Below are positions 13,858 through 27,360 of a stretch of 64,000 nt of DNA, piece by piece. The stretch is taken from the NCBI RefSeq assembly GCF_006345805.1, contig NC_043019.1:13825360-13889359 (forward strand), written 5' to 3'. Position 1 is the first letter of the stretch. Each line of letters starts with the position of its first letter. This DNA comes from Octopus sinensis. Lineage: Eukaryota. The notes below the pieces were generated by a model. That model was not told where the DNA came from. It did not search any database and saw nothing but the letters and a program-made list of their open reading frames with translations. The position numbers and the translations under genes are program-made.

Positions 13858-15189
13858 TATATATGCACACATACATACACACACACATATCTCTTTTACT
13901 CTTTTACTTGTTTCAGTCATTTGACTGCGGCCATGCTGGAGCACCGCCTTTAATCGTGCAACTCGACCCCGGGACTTATTCTTTTGTAAGCCTAGTACTT
14001 ATTCTATCGGTCTCTTTTGCCGAACCGCTAAGTTACGGGGGACATAAACACACCACACTAGGGGGACAAACACAGACACACAAACGCACACACGCATATA
14101 TATACGACGGGCTTCTTTTCAGTTTCCGTCTACCAAATCCACTCACAAGACTTTGGTCGGACCGAGGCTATAGTAGAAGACACTTGCCCAAGGTGCCACG
14201 CAGTGGGACTGAACCCGGAACCATGTGGTTTGTAAACAAGCTACTTACCACACAGCCACTCCTGCGCCTATATATATATATAATATATATATATATATCA
14301 TATTTATATTTATATGTATTATATATCAGTTGAATAAAATGAAAACAGACGAAAAGTAGTCCTTTATCGTGTGTTTAAAAATCGCAAGAAAAGTTTTCGA
14401 TGAAGAACAGAGCTACGGAAAATAGAAATAAAATGTTTAAAACTCCATAAAAATATTTCTTGTGTTAATTGGAATAACGTTGGAAAGGGTTAATTTGAAT
14501 GTGAACGAAACGAACGGATTCATCTGACACCCGAATATGTCGCGTGGCAGGAATCCTTTCATCCTGAAAAAACAACTCCATTATAAATATCCCATTAGTG
14601 ACCCCCTCTCCACTACCTTAACGCAAGCCAGTCAACCAAACCAGCTAGCCAGATTGCCACCCATCCACCGACCCATCCATCCATCCATCCATCCATTGAT
14701 CCCAACAGCCAGCGAACCAGCTCGTCAACGAGAGACCTTTATGGCTTTGCCAATACAATAATGCGATAAGGACAATATGGACAAGTACATTGCGTGGACA
14801 ATCTCCGTTAATCGAAGATGTTTTCAGTTCGTTATATCATACATGTGAGGCCTTAACAGGAAATGAGATGGTACTGATAAGCTTGTTTCTGTAAATGAAA
14901 CTATACCGCGTGAGCAGCGACGTCAACCGGAAGGACGGAGAAATATATGACGTATTTCTTATCTGTTTTTGCAAATATATTGTGTCTTGTTATGTGTCAT
15001 ACAAACGAGATTTATATGTCGAGGTAACCTGAGGATCCTCCACACGCTGTCGCATACAAAAGCAGAAAATAGCAGCCAGAATTTCCTCAAATCCCGCCAA
15101 ATCATTTCGACAAAGCACCGTGTGTGTGTATGTGTTTGTGCGTTTGTTGTATATATATATGTGTGTGTGTGTGTTTGTGCGTTTGTTTG

Positions 15190-15222
<33 letters not shown>

Positions 15223-15844
15223 TGTGTGTGCATTTTTTACTCGAAGGGTTTTAGTCAAAGAAATGCTTATGTGTTGCAAAACCTGGTACTTATTAAGTCG
15301 CTCGCTTTGTGCCGAACTGCTAAAGCATAGGAACGAAAACAAACGAGTAAAGGTTAGAGTGCCTGAAACACACAAAGATAGACACGCATATAAATATGTA
15401 CAAAATCACACTAAAGGCGTCACGAAGTGGGATTGAAACCAGAACCCCGTGGATGGGAAGCAAACTTCTTACCACGCAGCTACGTATACGATTGTACTTA
15501 GGTAACGTTTTATGTTTACTCGTGACTGGAGTGATACATCGCAGAGAGAGAGAGAGAGAGAGAACTTAGTAACTCGCGGTTACGAAACGGATTTCGTTAC
15601 TAGAGGCGCATCCCTCATCCATCTGGAAGTAATTATTCTGAAGTTAAACTTAAGATGTTCTGACATCTTAAATTAAGTGTATAATCTTGTAAGATCTTGT
15701 AAGCTGTGAAAGAAGATAGGATGACAGCAACTTAGTTATGAAACTATAGTTAATGATATTACCTGAACCTATAATGTATTTAGTTAATTTGTTAATGTCA
15801 TAAGCGCAGATTCTTTTGTCTTGCATTGTAACTTCGTTCGAATA

Positions 15845-16366
15845 AGGCGGCGCGCTGGCACAATCGTTAACGCGCTGGACGAAATGCTTAGCGGTATTTC
15901 ATCTGCCGTTAGGCTCTGAGTTCAAATTCCGCTGAGGTCGACTTTGCCTTTCATCCTTTCGAGGTCGATAAATTGAGTACCAGTTGCGTACTGGAGTCAA
16001 TGTAATTGACTTAATCCGTTTGCTGTCCTTGTTTGACCCCTCTGTGTTTAGCCCCTTGTGGGTAGTAAGGAAATAGGTATTTCATCTGCTGTTACGTTCC
16101 GAGTTCAAATTCCGCCGAGGTCGACTTTGCCTTTCATCCTTTCAGGGTCGATTAAATAAGTACCAGGTGCGCACTTGGGTCGATCTAATCAACTTAATCC
16201 GTTTGCCTGTCCTTGTTTGACCCCTCTGTGTTTAGACCCTTGTGGGTAGTAAAGAAATAGGTATTTCTTCTGCCGTTACGTTCTGAGTTCAAATTCCGCC
16301 GAGGTCGACTTTGCCTTTCATCCTTTCGGGGTCGATTAAATAAGTGCCAGTTACGCACGGGGGTCG
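15845..16366 (+). repeat. SINE-B concatemer (3 units)
   Basis: One head followed by tandem ~180-bp body-plus-linker units. Confidence 0.85.
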
Positions 16367-16681
16367 ACCAAATTCTTGTGAGTGAATTTGGTAGACGGAA
16401 ACTGCATAAAGCCCGTCCTATATATATATATATATATGTGTATGTATGTGTGTGTGTGTATTTTTGCGTCTGTTCTTGTCCTCTCCACCATCGCTTGACG
16501 ACTGACGCTGGTGTGCTTACATCCCCGTAACTTAGCAGTTGGGCAAAAGAGACCGATAGGAAAAAGTACTAGACTTACACAGAATAAGTCCTAGGGCCGA
16601 TTTGTTCGACTAAACGCGGTGCTACAGCGTGGCCGCAATCAAATAACTGAAAGAAATAAAAGAATAAAAGAATGTATATAT

Positions 16682-16859
16682 AGGCGTAGGAGTGGCTGCG
16701 TGGTAAGTAGCTTGCTTACGAACGACATGGTTCTGGGTTCAGTCCCACTGCGTAACACCTTGGGCAAGTGTCGTCTACTATAGCCTCGGGCCGACCAAAG
16801 CCTTGTGAGTGGATATGGTACACGGAAACTGAAAGAAGCCTGTCGTGTATATGTATATG

Positions 16860-16908
<49 letters not shown>

Positions 16909-17578
16909 ATGTGTGTGTGTGTGTGTGTTTGTATGTTTGTCTCCCCAGCATCGCTGGACAACCGATGCTGGTGTGTTTACGTTCCCGTAACTTAGCGGTT
17001 GGGCAAAAGTCACCGATAGAATAAGTACTCGGATTACAAAGAATACGTCCTGAGGTCGATGAGCTCGACTAAAGGCGGTGCTCCAGCATGGCCGCAGTCA
17101 AATACACTGAAACAAGTAAAAGAGTAAAAGAGATATACATATATATATAAGTATATGTACACACACACACACACACACAACTCTTTTACTCTTTTACTTA
17201 TTTCAATCATTTGACTGTGGCCATGCTGGAGCACCGCCTTTTAGTCGCGCAAATCAAACCCAGGACTTATTCTTTGTAAGCCTAGTACATATTCCATCAG
17301 CCTCTTTTTGCCGAACCGCTAAGTTACGGGGACGTAAACACACCAGCATCGGCTGTCAAGTGATGTTGGGGGGGGGGGACAAACAAACAAACATACACAC
17401 GCACACACACACACAGACATATATATATATATATATATACATATATACAACGAGCTTCTTTCAGTTTCCGTCTACCAAATCCACTCACAAGTTTTTGGTT
17501 GGCCCGAGGCTATAGCAGAAGACACTTGCCCAAGGTGCCACGCAGTGGGACTCAACCCGGAATCATGTGGTTGGTAAG
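16682..17578. mobile_element. Two SINE-A copies tail-to-tail (16682-17132 plus, 17181-17578 minus)
   Basis: Complementary full-length bodies separated by ~48 bp of (TA)/(CA). Confidence 0.85.
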
Positions 17579-18208
17579 TATATGTATAAGTATATGTACA
17601 CACACACACACACACACACATATATGTAAACATCTATTCTTGTCTGATTATCCTCAACGTCTCTCTCCTCACACGATTTTTAGTTTCATTCTCTTTTATT
17701 TTATGTATTCAATTAAAAAAGCCACTGCTATTATTATCTCGGTAACTTCAAGCGAATCGATTTAAACAACTCGACACACATGGTTTGATCTCTTGTTATT
17801 TTTACTGAACTTCTCTTTCAAAACTATTTTAAACAGCTTATTTAATTCACTTCTCTGATCGCTATGATCACACAAATACACTTATTATCTTGTACGCATG
17901 CGCATATACAGCGCATTGTAATCACACGCGCATACTTAGTAAATGTGTGAGTATGTAGTTATTATGATACACACAACACATACATGTGTATGTATACAAT
18001 ATTTACTTATACATTTATTTGTTTCAGTCATTTGACTGTGGCCATGCTGGAGCATCGCCCATTTGTCGGATCAAATCGACCCCCGGACTTATTCTTTGTA
18101 AGCCTAGTACTTATTCTATTGGTCTCTTTTGTCGAACCGCTAATATACGGGTGACGTAAACACACCAGCATCGTTTGTCAAGCCAAGGTGGGAGGAGAAA
18201 CACAGATA

Positions 18209-18248
<40 letters not shown>

Positions 18249-18251
18249 ATG

Positions 18252-18283
<32 letters not shown>

Positions 18284-18666
18284 GAAGGGCTTCTTTCAAT
18301 TTTCGTCGACCAAATCCACTCACAAGTCCTTTGTCAGCCCGAGGCTATAGCAGAAGACACTTGCCCAAGGTGTCACACAGAGGCACCTTGAAGTGTTTTG
18401 CTGAAGAATACCACGCATTGCACGGTTCAGGAATCGAAATCAGAATCTTACGATCACGAATCCAACACCCTAACCACTAAGCCATGCGTCTCCACTTGTT
18501 GGTCCATTGCACACTGGATAAATCGAGGGTGTTCAAAAAGTCTCTTCGCAGTGAATGTTTTTCATTCCGACTGAAGGACGATACTTTCAACTCCTCTTAT
18601 AAAGTTTTTTAAAGTCTTGTAAAGTCTAATATATTCTTTTGTAGTCTTATACCTTTTTTGTATATA

Positions 18667-19210
18667 TTGGGTTGTCCGGAAAGTTCATGCCGATTTTTAA
18701 AGGAAAGAAAAAACCTCAAAAATAAATGCCATTACATTTTTAATCAACCAAATATGAACTATTTTGTTGCACAATGCGTCTCTATCTTTCCTTTAACTTG
18801 AAAATACCTTCTTCCCAGAATTGAGATGGTTTCATGGCAAGGTATCCTTTTACGTCATCCAAGGAATTGAAATTTTTATCATTCTGAGTATTCTGCAGAG
18901 ACCTGAATAAGTGGAAATCCGAAGGAGCAATATCTGGTGAATATGGAGGGTGGGGTAACACATCCCAGCCGAGCTGTAGCAATTTTTGTCTGGTTCCCAA
19001 AGCATCAAGTGCCAAAAATGAACTTTCTTATCTTCCATTTTAAAGGGCTACAGAGTTAACACAAGTTATAGGAACATAAATATTTTTCCACGAAGAGATA
19101 GCTTAAACTGTGCTCTGTAGTCAAATTCTAGTTTATGAACTCAACCATGTTCTAAAATGAGTCGAAATGTAAGCTACTATAAATTGGCCCGAACTTTCCG
19201 GACAACCCAA
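18667..19210 (-). mobile_element. Second copy of the same internally deleted mariner
   Basis: Same TIRs with TA flanks, same deletion junction, WDVLPHPPYSPDIAPSDFHLFRSLQN remnant. Confidence 0.93.
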
Positions 19211-20233
19211 TATTTTGCAATAAGATTCTGCGGAGAGACATTTTAAACACCTTGTATAACTTCCCTGTTTCAAGTCTTCAAACGTTTATAGAATTCAAAT
19301 TAACGTTACACACATTCTACAATAGCAAAATGAAGATTTTAAATAAAATAAATGATCTCCGAGCAATCTAAGGACTGTTTAGATCGGTAAACAGTCCACT
19401 ACTTCGTCTGTTTCTCAAAAACTAGAACGATCGATTCAAATACTGCGCAATTAAATTATTTTTCAGCATATATATATATGTCTGGATACGAATCGATATG
19501 ACATGTAAATGAAGTACCGGGTAATTGTATCTATTGGGAAACTCGATAGTAGGCTTTTTGAAAATTTATTGTAATATTTTCCCTTGTCATCAATCAAACG
19601 TTTATATTGTTCTGGTATAACACATTTTCGGCAATTTTATAACCAGATCTGGCAAGCAAAACAGAAACTTTTCTGAGGAAACTAGTTAGTGTTAACACCG
19701 GCAAACATTCCAGTCAATCATCTGATCTTTTGTTTTAAATTAGAAGGGTTCGTTAATGTTCGTAACTAGATTATTTTTTTTATGACATTGTGGTGTCAAG
19801 ACCCTAGATACCTAAGAAAATGACATGAAAATAAAGTGCTGGATAATCGGGGCTATTGGAAAAATCGGTAGCGGGTTTATAAACCTTCATTATAACATTT
19901 TTGCTTGGAGTCTAAGATTTATACAAAACAAAGTTCTGGTAAGAAATATTTTCTGCATTTCAAGATCAAAACTATCAGTAAGGAGAACAGGAGGTTTCGA
20001 TGAAACTATTCGCTAATATCAGCAAACACTCCACTAAATGAACTGGCTTTCAAATTTAGAAACGTTGGTTCAAATGATACGCAGTTAGGTTATATTTCAG
20101 TACATATGTCGAATCATACAAGAGGAGGCTGGCTATCAAAGCAAATGACACGCAAATGAATTAACAGATTATCAGCTCTATTGGATAACGGGTTAATAAT
20201 CGTGTATAGAAATCAGAGTTCTGGTTTGAAATA

Positions 20234-20620
20234 TCTATATATATAAAGCTGAAGCTGTCTGTGTATGGCAGGTTTGGTAGCCTCCAACTAACACTATCTC
20301 CTCCGAGACCCTGCGGCGCAAGTTGACCAAAATTGAGAGTATGATAGAAGAAGGCTTGCTCTTCTTCCGTAGAAGAAAAAATTCAAATCGGACCATGTTA
20401 ACACCAAAAATTATTTACATCAAAAAGGAGCTTTTTTCTATGAAAACACTATTTTTTAACGATTTTTGACTGCTGTGTCGCTATTTTTCAGTGCATTTCA
20501 ACCAGAAAAATGTTCACTTAAAGATAATAACAAGCTACATAATGCAAAAGTTTTGCTTTCCAAAAATTCCAATTCTAAAGAGTCGAAACAAACCGGAGCA
20601 ACGCCGGGCGATACTGCTAG
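20234..20620 (+). mobile_element. Non-autonomous Helitron-type element
   Basis: A|TC-tatatatataaag 5' end; ccgg-agcaacg-ccgg hairpin then gcgatactgCTAG|T. Inserted between A and T with no TSD. Confidence 0.8.
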
Positions 20621-21261
20621 TCTTACCTAAAATTACAAGACTAATATTCACTGACAAACCAAGAGACTTTCTGAGAAAACTAGTATCTGACCATACTAGG
20701 AAATATTCTACAATTTGGTCTTTTTTTCCAAACTTAGATATCTTGGTTCAAATAGGCAATCAGTTTATTTTTCAGTACATATTATATTGTAATATACAAA
20801 AAGCGCTTGGATACCGAACGAAACGAACCGTCAACTAACAAAAGAGATGCAATCTAATGCACCTGCATTAATGTCCAACAATGAAGTTAAGGTGACCCCA
20901 ATTAACCTTTTGTTTTTTGGTTTCTTTTCACCAATTATGGGGGAATGAATTCATTGAATTCTTTGAACGGTTTGTTTGCCTTTGAAAATAATCCTCAAAG
21001 TTGATCTTTGAAGTTTTCTGAGAGAAATGGTACTGACGTATCGTTAGAAGACCGTTTCATGTTATAGATAGAATGCGTCTACACACACACACACACGCAC
21101 GCGCGGGCGCGCAGACTCCAACCAAGTCACACAGATACATGAATGCATATATGTGTGTATATTTATGCGTGTGTGTGTACATATTCATACATTTATATAT
21201 AGAATCACAGACATTTGTATACAAATACATATATATGTGAGTGTATGTATATGCATACGCA

Positions 21262-21299
<38 letters not shown>

Positions 21300-21340
21300 G
21301 TATATCTATCTATTTAGATATCAATCAATCTGCCTATCTG

Positions 21341-21397
<57 letters not shown>

Positions 21398-21520
21398 ATA
21401 TATATATATATATATATCCGTTTATCATTCTCTCTTTCTTTCTAGCTCTCTCTGCCTCTCTCTCTATATGCACATATATATACATATATATAGAGATATA
21501 TATGTGTATGTGTGTCTATC

Positions 21521-21598
<78 letters not shown>

Positions 21599-21934
21599 TG
21601 TGTTTGTGTGTGTGTATGTGTGTGAAAGATAAAGAGTCTTTGTTTCCTGGAGTATACGATAAAAAAGTCACAAAGATTAAAACCCAAAGACAAAGCTAAT
21701 TTGATACTGGTTTGTAATGATATAATGGATGATAGATTTTAATTTTAGCTGACCAGGAAGAAGTATAGCTATCCGTCAAACACGAAAGAGAATAACAGAG
21801 TCAAACGTACCACGCTTTCAGTAAATATATAACGTGCCTCCATAGCTTTATTTATTATATCACATAAAAAAATTGTAGAATTGTTTTTTGAACACATTCA
21901 CATCTGCTCCTCGTTGCTCTCCCTCTCTCACCCC

Positions 21935-22000
<66 letters not shown>

Positions 22001-22005
<5 letters not shown>

Positions 22006-22115
22006 GGAGTAAACACATAAATGTGAAACAGGGTGGAAAAAAGAGTACTCAAATACCAGGGGTAGAGTAATATGCTTTATTTAAAAGCAGCAGAAATTTC
22101 TGCTGCTTTTAAATA
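22001..22115 (-). mobile_element. Probable PLE terminal (pLTR) remnant ending in a perfect palindrome
   Basis: Minus strand ends ...ttttccaccc...ccgg(TA)n, resembling the PLE 3' end at 12140-12190 (ttttccacc...cccg(TA)n). 38-bp perfect palindrome at 22078-22115. Confidence 0.4.
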
Positions 22116-23997
22116 GTATATATATTATATTCTCTCTATCCATATTATATATATATATATATGTATATGAACAGATGTGAAGGAGGAGAAAAGTATGTCA
22201 GTATGGTATGGAGGTTGATATTGAATAAATTGAATAAATTAGGAATCGTTGATTTAACTGTAAGTATGCCGTGCTATCTGGGGGACGAGAAAATAGAAAT
22301 GAAAAAAAAAAAAAAGAATAGAAAATTTAGATGAAAGAAGTTATTTTCGAGCCGTGGAAAATTAATTTTCTGCATTCATTTCCAGCATTCATTATTTTGT
22401 GTATATTATATAGAGGCATGTGTGTGTGTGTGTGTGTGTAATTTACTGTATGATGAATCTTACAAATGAATGTTGAGTATCACAACCACACATACGCACA
22501 TACACACACATACACACGCGTACATCTATAACGCTTTTATCTATTATAATTACATCTATAATTTCTATTACAAATTATATATAGAAACTAGCGCTAGATA
22601 TCTGTGAGTACGAGCATGTGTGTGTATATACGTACATATATCTGTATCTACATAGATTCTTCGGTCTTTCTACATACATACATAGCCATACGCACACACA
22701 CACACACATGCACACACACTCACACAACATACTCTTTTACTCTTTTACTTGTTTCAGTCATTTGACTGCGGTCACGCTGGAGCACCGCCTTTTAGTCGAG
22801 CAAATCAATCCCTGGACTTATTCTTTGTAAGCCTAGTACATATTCTATCAGTCTCTTTTTGCCGAACCGCTAAATTACGGGGACGTAAACACACCAGCAT
22901 CGGTTGTCAAGTGATGTTGGGGGGACAAACACAGACACACAAACACACACACACACGCACACACATATATATATGACGAGTTTCTTTCTGTTTCAGCCTA
23001 CCAAATCCACTTATATGTTTTTGGTCGGTCTGAGGCTATAGCAGAAGACACTTGCCCAAGATGCCACGCAGTGGGACTGAACCCGGAACCATGTGGTTGG
23101 TAAGCAAGCTACTTACCACACAGCCTGTCCTACGCCTTATATATGTATATAACATTATTATCTCTTTATAATTTGTAGACATTCACTGCTTGAGTTTATT
23201 CCTATTCTTGCGCATAGTGATAGATTGTGCTTTTAACTTTTACAGCATCGTCTCTCATCGAATGGTAGTAGAAAGGGTGAAAAGTTGGTGGTAATGTGTC
23301 CCAAAACTGGAAGTCCGAAATAACAGTAGTCTCCGCTGGACGCACCCACGATTCCAAGACAACAGAGTGGTTTTAAATTTTGGCAAAAAGCCATTACATT
23401 GATCCCGCTGGTACTTATTTTGTCGACACCGAAGATAAAATTTCAGGCCTTGCCTTATATTAGAAAGGATTCTTGTGGGTTGCCTCTGAACATCCCTTGA
23501 CACCCGGTGTTAGCTTGTTTTCATCTTCGTTACCTAGAAGTTTGTCAAAAAAAAAAAAGCGATAGACATTTAAGAAAAAATATAAGTACTAGATTCGATT
23601 TGTGTGACTGAATTCTTCAATGCAGGTCCTGTGAATAACAAGAGTCTTATAACTAAAGCAGCAAAGAAGAATAAAAGATAAACTTAAAGTCATCCTATTT
23701 ACAGTAGAGATATGTTTAAGCATTTCAGCGGATTATAAACCGCTGTCCACTTCATATAGCTGGAACGGTCAGCTACAAATATCTATATTGATGTCGGTTT
23801 AAATTTTGGTAGAAGGCCAGCAATTTCGGGATAGAGGACAAGTCGTTAACATCGACCCTGGTGTTCGACCCCGAAATGATGAAAGGTAAAGTCACCTTCG
23901 GAAAAATATGATCTCAGAACGTAAAGACGGACGAAATGGCGATAGGTATTGTGCCAATATTGCCAGCTCACAGCTTATAAGTCTGCTAATATTATTA

Positions 23998-24581
23998 GTG
24001 TGTTGGCAGAAATGTTAGCACACCGAGCGAAATGCGTAGCCGTATTTCGTCTGCCGCTACGTTCTGAGTTCAAATTCCGCCGAGGTCTACTTTGCCTTTC
24101 ATCCTTTCGGGGTCAATTAAATAAGTACCAATTACGCGCTGGGGTCGATATAATCGACCTAATTCGTTTGTCTGTCCTTGTTTCTCCTCTGTGTGTTTAG
24201 CCCCTTGTGGGTAGTAAAGAAATAGGTATTACATCTGCCGTTACGTTCTGAGTTCAAATTCCGCCGAGGTCGACTTTACCTTTCATCTTTTCGGGGTCGA
24301 TTAAATAAGTATCAGTTATGCACTGGGTTCGATATAATCGACTTAATCCGTTCGTCTGTCCTTGATTGTCCTCTCTGTGTTTAGCCCCTTGTGGGTAGTA
24401 AAGAAATAGGTATTTCGTCTGTCTTCGTGTTCTGAGTTCAAATTACGCCGAGGTCGACTTTGCCTTTCATCCTTTCGGGGTCGATTAAATAAGTACTAGT
24501 TACGCACTGGGTCGATATGGACGTCTTAATCCGTTTGTCTATCCTTGTTTGTCCTCTCTGTGTTTAGCCCCTTGTGGGTGT
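23998..24581 (+). repeat. SINE-B concatemer running into the assembly gap
   Basis: Head plus at least 3 units, truncated by Ns. Confidence 0.85.
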
Positions 24582-24681
24582 NNNNNNNNNNNNNNNNNNN
24601 NNNNNNNNNNNNNNNNNNNNNNNNNNNNNNNNNNNNNNNNNNNNNNNNNNNNNNNNNNNNNNNNNNNNNNNNNNNNNNNNN
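24582..24681. other. Assembly gap (100 N)
   Basis: Run of N directly abutting a SINE-B tandem array. Confidence 1.
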
Positions 24682-25043
24682 GAGAGAAGGTGAGATGGTA
24701 AGGTGAGATAGCGGTCCGTTTAATGTTATCTATTCTGACAGGCAGATTAGCATCAGTAATTGAGACTACGAACCTTCCTACTCCGCCTTTTTTCGCTTTC
24801 ACTCAATGAGAAATCGCTCCACCTCCACCTTCCACTGACACTCTACAGGCATACTGTAACCCATAGCAACCCTCAAACCAGATACTCTTTCCTCCAAGAA
24901 GACATCGAAACAAAGTCAAAATAGACAAGGTAGATCATTGTCGGCGAAATAACACAAAGATATGGAAATTATCTTCGAGTCGATGTAAGACAATCGCAAA
25001 CGCACCAACACGCTATAAGATAATTGGTTACTTCCGGTATTAC

Positions 25044-25106
<63 letters not shown>

Positions 25107-25119
25107 CATTATTATTATT

Positions 25120-25494
25120 CAGTAGTTTTATTTTTATAGCGTGCTTTCACTTCACTACTGAGCGCAGCTCTGTGTGCCTTTGGTATGTGCTGTGATTTGT
25201 TGTGATGCTCTGATGGTTATTGTATGGAAAGTGTTCTGCGTAGGATGTGTGCAGTGCCTAGTAGGGCAATTTTCTGTATGTTATGTGTGTTTGTAAGTCC
25301 TGGTGTTTTTGTTATGTATTTGTCTGAATATTTTTTTATCATGCCCTAATGCACCTACTATGATAGGAATTGTTTCTGTCTTTAGATTCCACATTCTGGT
25401 TACCTCCATTTCCAGGTCTTTGTATTTTGAAAGCTTTTCCATTTCTTTTAGAGACACGTTGTCATCTGCCGGTATTGATACATCAATTAGAAAG

Positions 25495-25496
<2 letters not shown>
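25120..25496 (-). mobile_element. 5'-truncated R4/Dong-clade RLE non-LTR retrotransposon 3' end in a TAA microsatellite
   Basis: Minus strand CFLIDVSIPADDNVSLKEMEKLSKYKDLEMEVTRMWNLKTETIPIIVGALG/MIKKYSDKYITKTPGLTNTHNIQKIALLGTAHILRRTLSIQ* (one frameshift, stop at 25217-25219). Short 3' UTR; (TAA)n on both sides. Absent from the ORF track. Confidence 0.85.
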
Positions 25497-25558
<62 letters not shown>

Positions 25559-26119
25559 GAGTGAGAGAGCAGTGCATGCCATCAAAGTGACAATGGGGTA
25601 AAAATACGAAGCCCAGTATACCCATCATGGACTTACCGTCCGATAAGGTACACCCACAGGCACATGCATCACACCATATGGCGCGACATGGTGATCTCAT
25701 ATCAAGATAAACAGCGCATGACCTTGCAGGTGGGGCCCAGTTAGAATTTTCTTCTGGTCGAGTAGTCAGTCCATCCCGCTCAAAAGGTCCCTGAATAAGG
25801 GTTGTTAAAGGATGTTGAACGAAACACCCATGTTCCCAGAGGTGAATTATTCAAACTCCAAAGAATTCCTCTCAACACATGGCCATGATGCTCCCCCACT
25901 ACTTCTGCTCGTGATCAGAGATGCACATATCGTCAGCCACTAAGGGACATGCTCAACTGGTTAAGGTCAAACAACTGACGAGCAAATCTGTGGTATTGAG
26001 CAGAATATTTGCTGTAGCCCATCTTTTATACCAAGACAGAACAATGTACATGATAACACTTCCAATCAGTTAAGATCAGAAGCCATGAGAGCCACTGCCT
26101 AGTATTGCATCAGGGCATT
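25559..26119 (-). mobile_element. Unclassified non-coding repeat-like segment between TAA/GAA tracts
   Basis: GC-richer complex sequence bounded sharply by (ATT)n and (TTC)n(TTA)n. No ORF recognised; single copy in this window; strand inferred. Confidence 0.35.
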
Positions 26120-26142
26120 TTCTTCTTCTTCTTCTTCTTCTT

Positions 26143-26226
<84 letters not shown>

Positions 26227-26389
26227 TTACGTTCGCAGTTCAAATTCTGAGGTTTGCTCTGTTTTTCTTTATACCTCTGGGGTCGCTACAATTAGAATCG
26301 GTTGAGCGCTGGAGCGGGGTAAAGGGTCGATGTAATCGATTTAACCCTTGTTCTTAAAGCTTGCTGACCTTGTGTCAGCATTTGAAACT

Positions 26390-27200
26390 AAAAGCGGCGC
26401 GATGTGGCGGAGCCGTCAGCGCTCTGGACATAATGCTTAGTTTCATTTCTTCCATGCTCTTAATGTACCGAGTTCAACTTCCGTCGAGGTCAATTTTGCC
26501 TTTCATTCCTCTGAGGTCGATAAAATAAAATACCAGCTATGTACCGGTATTGACAGTATCGACTGCGTCACTCTCACCTTAAAATTGCTGGCCTTGTGTT
26601 TTTATTAGAAACAATTGTTCTTTTCTACTCTTGGCACAAGGCCCGAAATTTTTGGGGAGGGGGCCAGTCGATCAGATCAGCCCCAGTATGCAACTGGTAC
26701 TTAATTTATCGACCCCGAAAGAATGGAAGGCAAAGTCGACCTCGGGGGGATGAAATAATTGGAAACAATTATTAATAAGGCGGCGAGCTGGCAGAAACGT
26801 TCGCACGCCGGGCGAAATGCGTAGCCGTATTTCGTCTGCGCTACGTTCCGAGTTCAAATTCCGCCGAGGTCGACTTTGCCTTTCATCCTTTCGGGGTCGA
26901 TTAAATAAGTACCAGTTACGCACTGGGGTGGATGTAATCGACTTAATCCCTTTGTCTGTCCTTGTTTGTCCTCTCTGTATTTAGCCCCTTGTGCGCAATA
27001 AAGAAATAAGAATCATTAGCAAGCTGGAAAAATGCTAAGCGGTACTTCTTACGATTCATTACGTTGTAGGTTCAAATTGTGCCAAAGTCGATTTTGCTTT
27101 TCATTCTTTCTGGGTCGATAGAACAAGTACTAGTTGATCATTAGGGTCGATATAATCGACTAACTCCATCCTCCAAAATTCCAGACCTGTGTCTACAGAA
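26390..27200. mobile_element. Cluster of SINE-B copies in both orientations
   Basis: Diverged plus copy ~26390-26610, minus 3' part ~26620-26750, young plus copy 26778-27005, further diverged plus copy. Confidence 0.75.
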
Positions 27201-27293
27201 CAGAGAACTACTGTAATCGTAAAAGGCGGTGAGCTAACAGAACCCTAAGCGCACCGGAAAAAATGATTAGTGGCAGTTTTTCGGCCCTTCATG

Positions 27294-27327
<34 letters not shown>

Positions 27328-27360
27328 CATACCCTCTTTCCAAAACTCCAAGAAAACAAA

